From the NCBI RefSeq assembly GCF_001194135.2, contig NC_068984.1, forward strand, positions 130,801,558 through 130,850,159: a stretch of 48,602 nt of DNA, in the 5' to 3' direction. A program made the translations under genes and the position numbers. The first letter of the stretch is position 1; the number at the start of each line of letters is the position of its first letter. The notes below the pieces were generated by a model. That model searched no databases. It saw only the letters and a program-made list of their open reading frames with translations, and was not told the origin of the DNA. Shown here piece by piece: positions 1-10,862 of the stretch. The stretch is from Octopus bimaculoides (Eukaryota).

Positions 1-44
1 GGACCGAGACAAATTTGGCCGCCGAGTTAAAGCTATTTATAACA

Positions 45-290
45 AACTATTGGCTCACCAGATGGTAGAAATATACTCTATCGCGTGACCTTATTAGGGG
101 CCGTGATTGGTCAGTTTGCGTTCTGGCAGGAACGGTTCGAAGAAGTTGCCGATTCGAATAATGATCAGTCACGTGATGACAAGGAATGGGTTCTCTACTA
201 CGCTCGCATTTATTTATATTTAAATGAGAAGATTGTATGTAATGGCGATAGTAGTTTGTATCTAATGGCGGGAGGTAGTTTCACTACATA
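45..290 (+). promoter_or_regulatory. Candidate Pol II promoter (CCAAT boxes, E-box, YY1-like motifs)
   Basis: ATTGG at 49-53 and 106-110; TCACGTGA at 169-176; AATGGCG at 241-247 and 264-270. CpG-rich relative to the flanks. Confidence 0.4.
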
Positions 291-302
291 TATATATATA
301 TC

Positions 303-445
303 CTCAAACCCAACAAGCCGGGTCGCCCCATCGTCTCCGCCTGCAACTACCCTACGGAACTAATCTCTAAATACCTCGACCGTGTCCTTGCTCCCTTAGT
401 GGCTTCCCCCTCCCACATCCACGACACTAACCATGCTTTCCGAAT
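303..445 (+). mobile_element. Penelope-like element reverse transcriptase fragment
   Basis: Frame from 303 reads LKPNKPGRPIVSACNYPTELISKYLDRVLAPLVASPSHIHDTNHAF, matching the PLE RT motif KxHKPxxPGRPIVSxxxxPTExISxYLDxxLxPLVxxLPSxIxDT. Confidence 0.85.
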
Positions 446-801
446 GACGCTTTAGCTGTGTAAGTACCGGACTATTTATCCATCTTCTAAAGAGCCGAAA
501 TTTCCCGAAAACCAACTTTTCTGAAATTGTCTAGCTTTGAATTTGGCAAGCATTGTAGTAAGTTTGCCGCCCTGTCGCCTTTGTTTTAATTTTCCTGGTA
601 ATCTTATCACAACGTCGGTTTCAGCATAACAGTTGATGTGTTGACATATTCCTTTCTATCTTCTTTTATGTTATTGTTTGTCCTAATCTATCATAATTTC
701 CTAATCTACTATAATTTACATGTTTATCATGTCTAAAAGGTAAGTAAGCAATGTGATTTACTGTTAAAGAATATGAAAGGAAACATTTTACGCTCTCACA
801 G

Positions 802-870
802 AAAATGGATTTCAATTTTTCAACTTTTCCTTCTGATGAAATGGATAACCTATCGCATTTTAAATTAATT
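802..870 (+). other. Candidate small exon of an unidentified plus-strand transcript
   Basis: Donor AAG|GTAAGT at 740, 62-nt intron ending CTCTCACAG at 801, 69-nt exon with aaaATGg at 805 (MDFNFSTFPSDEMDNLSHFKLI), donor GTAAGT at 871. No downstream exon confidently joined. Confidence 0.3.
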
Positions 871-2067
871 GTAAGTGTTAATTACATAATTATGTACACG
901 CTGACAATTAATATACGTTATGGAATTTATGCTTTTCTGTTTTTTAATATTCTAAATAGATCAGGAATTATGCAGAAATATAGGAGTGGAGTGTGTAGAT
1001 GATCTCGATATAGACATAAAAGAATTGGTTTTAAATTTTCAGTCAGACAATAAACATTTGACTGGTTTTTTTCTTTAAATACATAAATCTACTTAAATTA
1101 ATAGTTCTACTGTTCGTTAAGTATCGAGGAGGCTTCGGTGGAGTGGGTGCTTGGTACACTTGACTTACTAACAGTTGCCGGTGGATAAATATAAACCAGT
1201 GACGTGATCTTCTGGTACTTCATCAAATTATTCTGTTTGAAGAGAAAATATGATTTTGGTTCAAAGAATACATAAATTGGTTTCAATGTATTTTTAATGG
1301 AATTCTCCGTTACAAAAGTTTCATATTGGTTTTAGAATTTCCATTCACACTATCAATATATGGATTTTTATTTTAATCAGCCATGCGAATTTTGTTGGAG
1401 ATTGCAACCTCAGCTAAAAGTAATGGGTAGCGATTGGTTCAGTTGCGTTAATTCTCGTCCTAAGATTGTTGGCGTTCAAGAAAATCAAAATTTCTCTTCC
1501 CAGTCAATTTAACCATTTCACTGCAGAAATCAGATATATCCACTCAAAATTTGATTATCCTAAACTGCATAAAGCAGTTTTTATATATCAATCTACCTTT
1601 TGTTGAGAAATGTCATGTTTGAAACCAATTTTTGTTGCGATATGTCAAATTTATTGAAGCAACGAAATATATAGAAAATACCAATCCCATTTTTTGATAG
1701 ATATTTAACCTCATTATTAGAATAACCATGAAATATAATTTCACAGATAAAGGATTAAGTTGATCTTTTGTTATCGTGGGTATGGATGGCTGATTGGCTT
1801 AGGTACCAGAAAACCATCCGAAATGGTGAAGGTTGGTATCATACGAAGAGCACTGTTTTGTATCTGTGCTCAGAACATTTATATATATATATATACAACA
1901 AGAATTAATATTTGTCTCTTTTTATAGAAACAAAAGGGTTAGAAACAAAACCGCAGTTTATTTACACTAGAAAATTTGGACTGGTCCGCTGATGGGTTTT
2001 TCTTTTAAATTATATAAGCTTTTCATAGAAGAAAATTTTGATATGTGCGTGTCTCCTATTTCCTGCT

Positions 2068-2149
2068 TATCCTGATGAGGGGGTCATCACCGTGTTGCAC
2101 TTTAGTGTAAATAAACTGCGGTGGTGAGCTCCCGAAATGGCCATAGATA
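2068..2149 (+). ncRNA. Type I hammerhead ribozyme (dimer-type, palindromic stem III)
   Basis: Stem I TATC(2068-71)/GATA(2146-49); core CTGATGA 2072-78; 14-bp stem II 2079-92/2119-33 plus an inner 6-bp hairpin; GAAA 2134-37; ATGGCCAT palindrome 2137-44; AUA cleavage triplet, cut after 2145. Confidence 0.8.
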
Positions 2150-2160
2150 CATGTGAATGT

Positions 2161-2322
2161 TGAATTTGACCTGTGAAGTCTGCTTATTATGAACTTTTGG
2201 ACGTACTTGTGTGAGGGAAGTAAGGCTTTTTTTCAAGATGTCTGTGAATTTGACCTGTGGAAGTCTGTTTACTTAGGAACTTTGGACGTACTTGTATGAG
2301 GGAAGTAAAAGACTTTTTCAAA
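2161..2322 (+). repeat. Imperfect tandem duplication, 84-bp period, just 3' of the hammerhead
   Basis: TGAATTTGACCTGTG..AAGTCTG..TTTGGACGTACTTGT.TGAGGGAAGTAA starts at 2161 and again at 2245. Confidence 0.9.
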
Positions 2323-2845
2323 TATTTTTTCAAATATTAAAAAAAAATTTTTAAAATTATTTTAATTGTCTGATAAAACTTTTTTAGTCGGTGGACATTT
2401 ATTTTATTTTATTTTTACCTTTACTTATTTTATATTTGTCTATTAGAGATCGGAAGNNNNNNNNNNNNNNNNNNNNNNNNNNNNNNNNNNNNNNNNNNNN
2501 NNNNNNNNNNNNNNNNNNNNNNNNNNNNNNNNNNNNNNNNNNNNNNNNNNNNNNNNNNNNNNNNNNNNNNNNNNNNNNNNNNNNNNNNNNNNNNNNNNNN
2601 NNNNNNNNNNNNNNNNNNNNNNNNNNNNNNNNNNNNNNNNNNNNNNNNNNNNNNNNNNNNNNNNNNNNNNNNNNNNNNNNNNNNNNNNNNNNNNNNNNNN
2701 NNNNNNNNNNNNNNNNNNNNNNNNNNNNNNNNNNNNNNNNNNNNNNNNNNNNNNNNNNNNNNNNNNNNNNNNNNNNNNNNNNNNNNNNNATACGACTGTG
2801 GATCGTCAGTTTACTATTTTGCTTGCGTGGACCCCCAAAAATTCT

Positions 2846-2930
2846 ATACGGACCCCCAGGGCTCATACGGACCCCCAGGGATCATACGGATCCCCAGGGC
2901 TCATACGGACCCCGGCTGAGAACCATTAAT
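2846..2930. repeat. 19-bp tandem repeat (about 3.6 units) ending in a hAT-like terminus
   Basis: ATACGGACCCCCAGGG(C/A)TC units at 2846, 2865, 2884 and 2903, followed by GGCTGAGAACCA, similar to GGTTGAGAACCACTG ends of non-autonomous hAT elements. Confidence 0.6.
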
Positions 2931-3032
2931 CTTAAATGTTTACTCATGCGTTTACATGCAACGCCGCCTTACACGCAGTCTAACTCCCAGATAATAAATC
3001 ACAATTATTGGTGATGAGTATTACATCATAGT

Positions 3033-3038
3033 TTTATT
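3033..3038 (-). terminator. Candidate polyadenylation signal of the metallopeptidase gene
   Basis: AATAAA on the minus strand about 60 nt past the TGA at 3100-3102. Confidence 0.5.
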
Positions 3039-3062
3039 GTCATTTGTCCTCTGTGCGAGTGC

Positions 3063-3097
<35 letters not shown>

Positions 3098-3099
3098 GT

Positions 3100-3244
3100 T
3101 CACATGCATGTCTTCATGCCACTCTTCAGTTCAGGTCTGTTGTCTGTGTAGACATAGGAGAGTATTTCAAACAATTTCTCGTCTCTTCGTCTTAGATTAT
3201 CTCGAGCATCCATTTCCGTTGAGCACAGCGCTGTCTGGTTACAC
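3100..3244 (-). CDS. Zincin metallopeptidase, terminal coding exon
   Basis: Acceptor TTTCTTTTGTTTCCAG. One base completes ATG with the previous exon, then CNQTALCSTEMDARDNLRRRDEKLFEILSYVYTDNRPELKSGMKTCM-stop (145 nt). Confidence 0.9.
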
Positions 3245-3362
3245 CTGGAAACAAAAGAAACGAGATCATTCTTAGTGGTTACTATTGTTGTTTTGCTCCA
3301 TAACACCCTGACTGAATCGACTCACGATCAAATTATTCCCCTCTCGACCATTGTCCCTGCTG

Positions 3363-3720
3363 TTATTATTATTATTATTATTGTTCAGTAGTTTTATTTT
3401 TATAACGTGCTTTCACTTCACTACCGAGCGCAGCTCTGTGTGCCTTGGGTATGTGCTGTGGTTTGCTGTGGTGCTCTTATGGTTACTGTATTGAAAGTGT
3501 TTTGCGTAGGATGTGTGCAGTGCCCAGTAGTGCAATTTTCTGTATGTTATATATATTTGTAAGTCCTGGTGTTTTTGTTATGTATTTGTCTGAATATTTT
3601 TTTAATTATACCTAAGGCACCTACTATGATAGGAATTGTTTCTGTTTTTAGATTCCACATTCGAGTTACCTCTATTTCCAGGTCTTTGTATTTTGAAAGT
3701 TTTTCCATTTCTTTTAGGGA
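3363..3720 (-). mobile_element. R4/Dong-type non-LTR retrotransposon 3' end (RLE C-terminus, 3' UTR, (AAT)n tail)
   Basis: Minus strand reads approximately KEMEKLSKYKDLEIEVTRMWNLKTETIPIIVGALG..QKIALLGTAHILRKTLSIQ. Same family as 45095-45522. Confidence 0.85.
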
Positions 3721-3732
3721 ATATTATTATTA

Positions 3733-3763
<31 letters not shown>

Positions 3764-4466
3764 NNNNNNNNNNNNNNNNNNNNNNNNNNNNNNNNNNNNN
3801 NNNNNNNNNNNNNNNNNNNNNNNNNNNNNNNNNNNNNNNNNNNNNNNNNNNNNNNNNNNNNNNNNNNNNNNNNNNNNNNNNNNNNNNNNNNNNNNNNNNN
3901 NNNNNNNNNNNNNNNNNNNNNNNNNNNNNNNNNNNNNNNNNNNNNNNNNNNNNNNNNNNNNNNNNNNNNNNNNNNNNNNNNNNNNNNNNNNNNNNNNNNN
4001 NNNNNNNNNNNNNNNNNNNNNNNNNNNNNNNNNNNNNNNNNNNNNNNNNNNNNNNNNNNNNNNNNNNNNNNNNNNNNNNNNNNNNNNNNNNNNNNNNNNN
4101 NNNNNNNNNNNNNNNNNNNNNNNNNNNNNNNNNNNNNNNNNNNNNNNNNNNNNNNNNNNNNNNNNNNNNNNNNNNNNNNNNNNNNNNNNNNNNNNNNNNN
4201 NNNNNNNNNNNNNNNNNNNNNNNNNNNNNNNNNNNNNNNNNNNNNNNNNNNNNNNNNNNNNNNNNNNNNNNNNNNNNNNNNNNNNNNNNNNNNNNNNNNN
4301 NNNNNNNNNNNNNNNNNNNNNNNNNNNNNNNNNNNNNNNNNNNNNNNNNNNNNNNNNNNNNNNNNNNNNNNNNNNNNNNNNNNNNNNNNNNNNNNNNNNN
4401 NNNNNNNNNNNNNNNNNNNNNNNNNNNNNNNNNNNNNNNNNNNNNNNNNNNNNNNNNNNNNNNNNG

Positions 4467-4543
4467 AGTGCCATTGTTATCAAGTGGATCTGTGGAAGAC
4501 ACACGAGTTGTCGAAATATCGTTCACTTGATAACCATGGCACT
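4467..4543. repeat. Short foldback, 20-bp arms with 1 mismatch
   Basis: AGTGCCATTGTTATCAAGTG ... CACTTGATAACCATGGCACT. Confidence 0.8.
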
Positions 4544-4552
4544 TTTTTGCTC

Positions 4553-4608
<56 letters not shown>

Positions 4609-4610
4609 AC

Positions 4611-4740
4611 GGTGAGCTGGCAGAATTGTTAGCATGCCGGACAAAATGCTTAACGTTCTGAGTTCAAATTCTGGCGAGGTCGACTTTGCTTCTCATCCTT
4701 TCGGGGTCGATAAAATAAGTATCACTTGAGCACTGATCGA
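4611..4740 (+). mobile_element. tRNA-derived SINE family B, deleted copy
   Basis: GGTGAGCTGGCAGAATTGTTAGC head, GAGTTCAAATTC B-box, GAGGTCGACTTTGC..CATCCTTTCGGGGTCGATAAAATAAGTA central domain. Confidence 0.8.
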
Positions 4741-4961
4741 TATAGGAAAACCATCTGTGTGTGTGTGTGTGTGTGTGTGGAATAAATACTTTAGTGTTCG
4801 GTCACACATACGTGTGTAATTCTCCAACGAGGAACTTATTAGGGATTTACAGACAGTCAGAAATTGATTAGAACTAATGTCTTTCTCGATCCTAAAGCGG
4901 AATCTTAATATTTGGGATACATTTGTAGCAATGGTGTATATTTATAATGTTATATACTTAC

Positions 4962-5110
4962 ATATTCATTTTACCAGCAGCATACGTGAGCAAATTAGAT
5001 CGAAAAAAGGCCCCGGTACCTTCTGCCCAATATTCTTGAGCATTGCTCATAGCATAGGCCTTCAGTTCCCAAATACTATTCTTTTTAGCATATTGGTAAG
5101 CTTCGTAAAT
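4962..5110 (-). CDS. Zincin metallopeptidase exon with third Zn ligand (YAMSNAQEYWAE)
   Basis: Acceptor CTTATCATTTCAG, donor GTAAGT; 149 nt, phase 0 to 2; IYEAYQYAKKNSIWELKAYAMSNAQEYWAEGTGAFFRSNLLTYAAGKMN. Confidence 0.93.
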
Positions 5111-5418
5111 CTGAAATGATAAGAAAAATCTATGTCAAGAGGAAAAGTGAAAATATAAAAAAAAGATGAAAAATAGTGAGAAATATTTTAAAATAATTAT
5201 GTAATTTTGATTAATCTTTCAGTCAATCAATCAATCAATCAGTCAGTCAGTCAGTCACTCACTCAATCAATCAATCAATTAGGTTTGTCAAAGTCTTTTC
5301 GTTGTTCAAAGATATACCCTCTATTTTAGGTCTACTTCAAGTCTTTTCGTCAGTCTTCTTGCAGGTGAATTGATAGAAACGTTAGACTCTGACGTTACTA
5401 TAAAGCCACCACACGGTA

Positions 5419-5822
5419 TCTGTGTGAGGTGGCATCATTACAACACTTAATCATTCTTTGGGTTGTTCCAAATGCCATACCTGATCTCAGCCATGTATCA
5501 CCCATGAAAATTTAATATCTCTGCCATTAAACCATCCCTACCAAAAAATTTATACCACATTATCATTTAACTGTGACAAAAGAATTCCAGAAAGAATCGT
5601 TTCAGTAGCACAAAGAAGAGCAATATACCAGTAATTGCCGTATACATGTCACACATATTTGTCTGTGTGAGGTGGCATCATTATAACACTTCATCATTCT
5701 TTGGGTTGTTCCAAATGCCAAAAACTAAGCCATACCTGATCTCAGCCATGTGTCATTCATGAAAATTAAATGTCTCTGTCATTAAATCATCCCTACCAAA
5801 ATACCGTGTTATGATTTAACCG
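5419..5822 (+). repeat. Direct repeat pair (about 155 bp each, 243-bp period)
   Basis: TCTGTGTGAGGTGGCATCATTA..CATACCTGATCTCAGCCATG..ATCCCTACCAAAA at 5419 and 5662; the second copy has a 12-nt insertion. Confidence 0.9.
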
Positions 5823-7439
5823 TTCTATAATCTTCTGATTATCTTCCAGAGCAGGTGGATTGCATATATTGGTTGTTGCAGTTCTCTATTGAAATGCTAT
5901 AATCACCTTGTGACCGATGGTAGAATCTCTCTCTTACTTAATTTTGAGCAATGTTCTTTCCATCTACTGACAATTTCCGCCAAAGACTAGACATCGCTAA
6001 AATATTGTACTTGTTTCTGATTCATACACTTGCTTTAGGAGACCATACAGCACTTTATTACTTTTCATGTCTGAAGCTAATTGTACATCACTAGTTTTCT
6101 CACATAATACGTAATGGATCTCCACACATTTGATTTTACTTCCTTATTCATCCTCTTAGAAGTGTTTATGTCGTTCAACCGAGAGAAGAGAATATAACAT
6201 CAACATCGGCTCTCGTTGTTACAAGTAAGAAATGGAAACTTGCTCAACATTGCGACTGCTCTCATCATCAGAACAAAGGAGATCCAAGGCAAGTCAAGAC
6301 AAGATATCAGGGACAAGCTTTAAGGAAATATGAGCCGTTCTTCACTCTCTGCTGTTTACATACACACATACAGACAGACAGATAGACTTGCATGCATGCA
6401 TGCATACATACATACATATATATACATATACATATTTTTATGTGTGTGTGTGTGTATTTGTTAAGAAAAACTCGATACAGTCACAATATTNNNNNNNNNN
6501 NNNNNNNNNNNNNNNNNNNNNNNNNNNNNNNNNNNNNNNNNNNNNNNNNNNNNNNNNNNNNNNNNNNNNNNNNNNNNNNNNNNNNNNNNNNNNNNNNNNN
6601 NNNNNNNNNNNNNNNNNNNNNNNNNNNNNNNNNNNNNNNNNNNNNNNNNNNNNNNNNNNNNNNNNNNNNNNNNNNNNNNNNNNNNNNNNNNNNNNNNNNN
6701 NNNNNNNNNNNNNNNNNNNNNNNNNNNNNNNNNNNNNNNNNNNNNNNNNNNNNNNNNNNNNNNNNNNNNNNNNNNNNNNNNNNNNNNNNNNNNNNNNNNN
6801 NNNNNNNNNNNNNNNNNNNNNNNNNNNNNNNNNNNNNNNNNNNNNNNNNNNNNNNNNNNNNNNNNNNNNNNNNNNNNNNNNNNNNNNNNNNNNNNNNNNN
6901 NNNNNNNNNNNNNNNNNNNNNNNNNNNNNNNNNNNNNNNNNNNNNNNNNNNNNNNNNNNNNNNNNNNNNNNNNNNNNNNNNNNNNNNNNNNNNNNNNNNN
7001 NNNNNNNNNNNNNNNNNNNNNNNNNNNNNNNNNNNNNNNNNNNNNNNNNNNNNNNNNNNNNNNNNNNNNNNNNNNNNNNNNNNNNNNNNNNNNNNNNNNN
7101 NNNNNNNNNNNNNNNNNNNNNNNNNNNNNNNNNNNNNNNNNNNNNNNNNNNNNNNNNNNNNNNNNNNNNNNNNNNNNNNNNNNNNNNNNNNNNNNNNNNN
7201 NNNNNNNNNNNNNNNNNNNNNNNNNNNNNNNNNNNNNNNNNNNNNNNNNNNNNNNNNNNNNNNNNNNNNNNNNNNNNNNNNNNNNNNNNNNNNNNNNNNN
7301 TATATATATATACATATATACATATATATATGAATATATATGTATATGTGTGTGTGTATATATATATATATATATACATACACACATACATACACACACA
7401 TACACACATATATATGTATATATATATATATGTGCGTGT

Positions 7440-7652
7440 GTATGTTTGTGTATCTGTATTTGTTTCTCCACCATCGCTTGACAACCGATGCTGGTGTGTT
7501 TACGTCCCCGTAACTTAGCGGTTCGGCAAAAGAGAACGATAGAATAAGTACTAGGCTTAGAAAGAATAAGTTCTGGGGTCGATTTGCTCGACTAAAGGCG
7601 GTGCTCCAGCATGGCCGCAGTCAAATGACGGAAACAAGTAAAAGAATAAAAG
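7440..7652 (+). mobile_element. SINE family A, 3' half (5' half probably in gap)
   Basis: CATCGCTTGACAACCGATGCTGG..GGTGCTCCAGCATGGCCGCAGTCAAATGAC..(TAAAAGA)n tail. Confidence 0.9.
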
Positions 7653-7699
7653 AAATACACACACATATACGCATACATATATATGAGCATGTATATGTG

Positions 7700-7742
<43 letters not shown>

Positions 7743-8262
7743 NNNNNNNNNNACACACATATACACACATGCATACGCGCACACAAACACAAACACACGC
7801 ACACAGAAATATGGAAGTCGGTTAGTCACGTCACCATGAACTGTAATCCCAGAAATTCATTAATAGTGAAACTAAAAATATGTTTACATATATCGAACTT
7901 TAATTTCATAAGCCTTCAGCAATGTTATGATTGTTAGCAAGCTAACAGGGGACTTCGGTGAAGGAGAAACTGTCGAGGTTAGAAACTTATTAATGTCCAT
8001 GATCTTTGAATCTTCAAATCACACAAGATATTGTCTATCTGGCGTCTGAGTGACAGCATAACGGATAATAGCATATTTACGTATGTAGAAGTTCTCAGTC
8101 ATTTAATCATTTCAGATCCAAGGTTAAAGCAGGGTTAGTTCACAGGTTAATAATCTAATAATTTGATGGAGATGGTTGTCATTAAAAGGAAGATAATTAC
8201 TCGGACAATGTTGGTACCGCGTTTTACAAACCAACTGCCATATTGACCCGGTTATGTATGTA

Positions 8263-8293
<31 letters not shown>

Positions 8294-8341
8294 ATGTATG
8301 TATGTATGTATGTATGAGTAAGTATGTATGTAAGTATGTGT

Positions 8342-8387
<46 letters not shown>

Positions 8388-8389
8388 CG

Positions 8390-8625
8390 TTATTCAGCTT
8401 TATTTCAAGATCTCTTGCCAGTAGAGAAAGAGCTGGTTTCTAACCTAGATCCCAGGCTCCTTCATTGGAATTTCAACATCAACAGGGTATTTTTGTATGT
8501 ATGTATGTATGTATGTATGTTATCAATCAGTTTCATTTCTGTATTTCTTGTCCATAGAGAAAGAGCCGGACTCTAACATAGATTCAAGGCTCCTTCATTG
8601 GAACTTTTATCAACATCATCTAGGT
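8390..8625. repeat. Two copies of a ~100-bp interspersed element embedded in (GTAT)n
   Basis: ATAGAGAAAGAGC.GG.(T)CTAAC.TAGAT.C.AGGCTCCTTCATTGGAA at about 8420 and 8555; a fragment recurs at about 16330-16362. Confidence 0.75.
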
Positions 8626-9306
8626 ATTTGTGCATATGTGTGTGTGTGCAGTATTTGGTGTTAGTGTATGCGCAGATTTGTATGTTTGTTTTATGGATGC
8701 GTTTTTATGCATATATTTTCATGTCTAGATGCATGCATATGTATTTATGTGCTAAATTTTTGGAAAGTTTTACATATCTTTACAGTTCCATTGATGGCTT
8801 GAATCTGTAGTCTTCTAATCAGCCTTTTTCTTTCAGGTTTTGAGAACCCTAAGTTTTCCAGGTTTTTGTTGAGGCAGTACGTTACATATCCCAGTATGTA
8901 TGTATGTATGTATGTATGTATATGTATTTGTGCGTGCATATATGTATGCATTTGCATATATGTATGTATGCATGTTTGTACGTCTGAGCGTGTGCATACG
9001 TTTATTCAAGTATGTATGCTTATATGTACACACACACAAACAGTTGAAAATGCATTGAGTTCCATGCAAAATGAACTTTATACATGTATAGAGTTTAATA
9101 TTTATTACAATTTTGCTGTCAGTGACTTCGAGGTTAAGTCAGCGGTGGTTTATTTCAATAATGGCATTTGTACACATGCTGCTATACAGGGTAAATTATG
9201 CCTTCTGAATTAACTTTCATTCTCCCCAGATCAGATCCAGTTGGAACTCTCTATTCAGCTACTTTTCCCATTGCCTTTAGAGCTCTGGATCTCTTTCTCC
9301 CAATAT

Positions 9307-9898
9307 TGTTGTTGGCACTCCGTCGCTTACGACGTCGAGGGTTCCAGTTGATCCGATCAACGGAACAGCCTGCTCGTGAAATTAACGTGCAAGTGGCTGA
9401 GCACTCCACAGACACGTGTACCCTTAACGTAGTTCTCGGGGATATTCAGCGTGACACAGTGTGACAAGGCTGACACTTTTGAAATACAGGTACAACAGAA
9501 ACAGGAAGTAAGAGTGAGAGAAAGTTGTGGTGAAAGAGTACAGCAGGGTTCGTCACCATCCCCTGCCGGAGCCTCGTGGAGCCTTGTGGAGCTTNNNNNN
9601 NNNNCCACAGACACGTGTACCCTTAACGTAGTTCTCGGGGATATTCAGCGTGACACAGTGTGACAAGGCTGACACTTTTGAAATACAGGTACAACAGAAA
9701 CAGGAAGTAAGAGTGAGAGAAAGTTGTGGTGAAAGAGTACAGCAGGGTTCGTCACCATCCCCTGCCGGAGCCTCGTGGAGCCTTGTGGAGCTTTAGGTGT
9801 TTTCGCTCAATAAACACTCACAACGTCCGGTTTGGGAATCGAAACTGCGATCCTATGACCGCGAGTCCGCTGCCCTAACCACTGGGTCATTGCGCCTC
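9307..9898 (-). mobile_element. tRNA-derived SINE family C with 12-bp TSD
   Basis: Head GAGGCGCAATGACCCAGTGGTTAGGGCAGCGGACTC..GTTTCGATTCCC; tail GACGGAGTGCCAACAACA; TSD TTCTCCCAATAT at 9295-9306 and 9899-9910. Internal ~200-bp duplication across a 10-N gap. Confidence 0.9.
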
Positions 9899-9972
9899 TT
9901 CTCCCAATATACTTCAGTACATAATCGTTTGGAATGCAGTTTTTTTTGGTGTAATGAAAATTTAGTTCCTAC

Positions 9973-10181
9973 CTTCTTGGTCCAGCTTTTCGGAATGTAC
10001 GACATTATGAGGTGCCCCAGTTCGTGGGACAAACAGTTTTCATGAGATCGATATGGGTCTTGATCATCACAGAGCACAACATGATCCAAGCACACACTCC
10101 TTGAGAGAGTCAGTCCAGCCACCCGTTCGTATTTGCGTCCGTCGTGGGTACACGTTATTTGGCAAAGTCCATCACATTTAC
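9973..10181 (-). CDS. Zincin metallopeptidase exon with HExxH
   Basis: Acceptor ATAACAG, donor AAG|GTAGGA; 209 nt, phase 1 to 0; GKCDGLCQITCTHDGRKYERVAGLTLSRSVCLDHVVLCDDQDPYRSHENCLSHELGHLIMSYIPKSWTKK. HELGH is at 10012-10026. Confidence 0.95.
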
Positions 10182-10862
10182 CTGTTATATAATAAACCAA
10201 AGTCAGAGAAAATCGTTGACCCATTGTTTTGCTTTTTCTTTTTTACTGATGTCATGTTTATTTGTGTTTTAGAGAAACTGAAAATCTTAGCGATTAATTC
10301 GTTATTTGTGTTTTGCTAAGGAAATTCTCGACCTGATGTATAGGTTTTAACTCCCGTATATTATTGTAGCAATGAAAATGATCATTTTGGTTTGTTAACT
10401 TGTAATACTGAGTGACTGAGTGATTTAAAATTCTTTTAAGAGTTGTATTGCTTAGGAAGAGAGAGATGGGTCCTCAATAGTGTAGTTAGAGTGTGTGCTG
10501 CCGAAGGTAGCACTTGAACTTACCAACCCTATACAAGCTTAAACGACAGACCCAAAAGTGCCGCCCACATAAAAGTGTTACCCAGGGTGGACCGTTCCTT
10601 ATCCTCCCCAGCTACGTTTCTGTTGATTCTATGAAGTTTGTTTGCAAGACATAAGTTTCAGTAACGACTTTCTAGTATATTAAATAACTTACCCCTCGAT
10701 TACCTGACACTCGTATCACATTGAAATGTATTTGATAAACGGTTCTCTAGTTTTAGAAATTATTTATGTCAACTTCCTTTAATAAAACAAATGGCTCACA
10801 AGCAATTTAAGAATTGGCTTACATATCATGTGATATCACCAGTAATTTAAAAACTGGCTTAC

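Noticed and set aside
1121-1165. YRGGFGGVGAW as a kinase Gly-rich loop joined to the 805-870 exon
   Set aside because: It needs a weak AAG acceptor, hits a stop within 14 codons, and no other kinase motifs follow.
2846-2913. CRISPR-like array
   Set aside because: Repeats are contiguous with no unique spacers, the context is eukaryotic, and there are no cas genes.
3100-3114. C-terminal KTCM as a prenylation signal
   Set aside because: Cys is at -2, not -4, so it is not a CaaX box.
6170-6350. Possible LINE C-terminal relic (KKWKLAQHC)
   Set aside because: Too degenerate to assign by eye.
9122-9191. Plus-strand exon-like segment (DFEVKSAVVYFNNGICTHAAIQG)
   Set aside because: Splice-like flanks exist but there is no recognisable product or partner exon; it is antisense within a peptidase intron.
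9405-9795. ~200-bp tandem duplication inside the SINE
   Set aside because: Identical copies on either side of a 10-N gap indicate an unmerged contig overlap.
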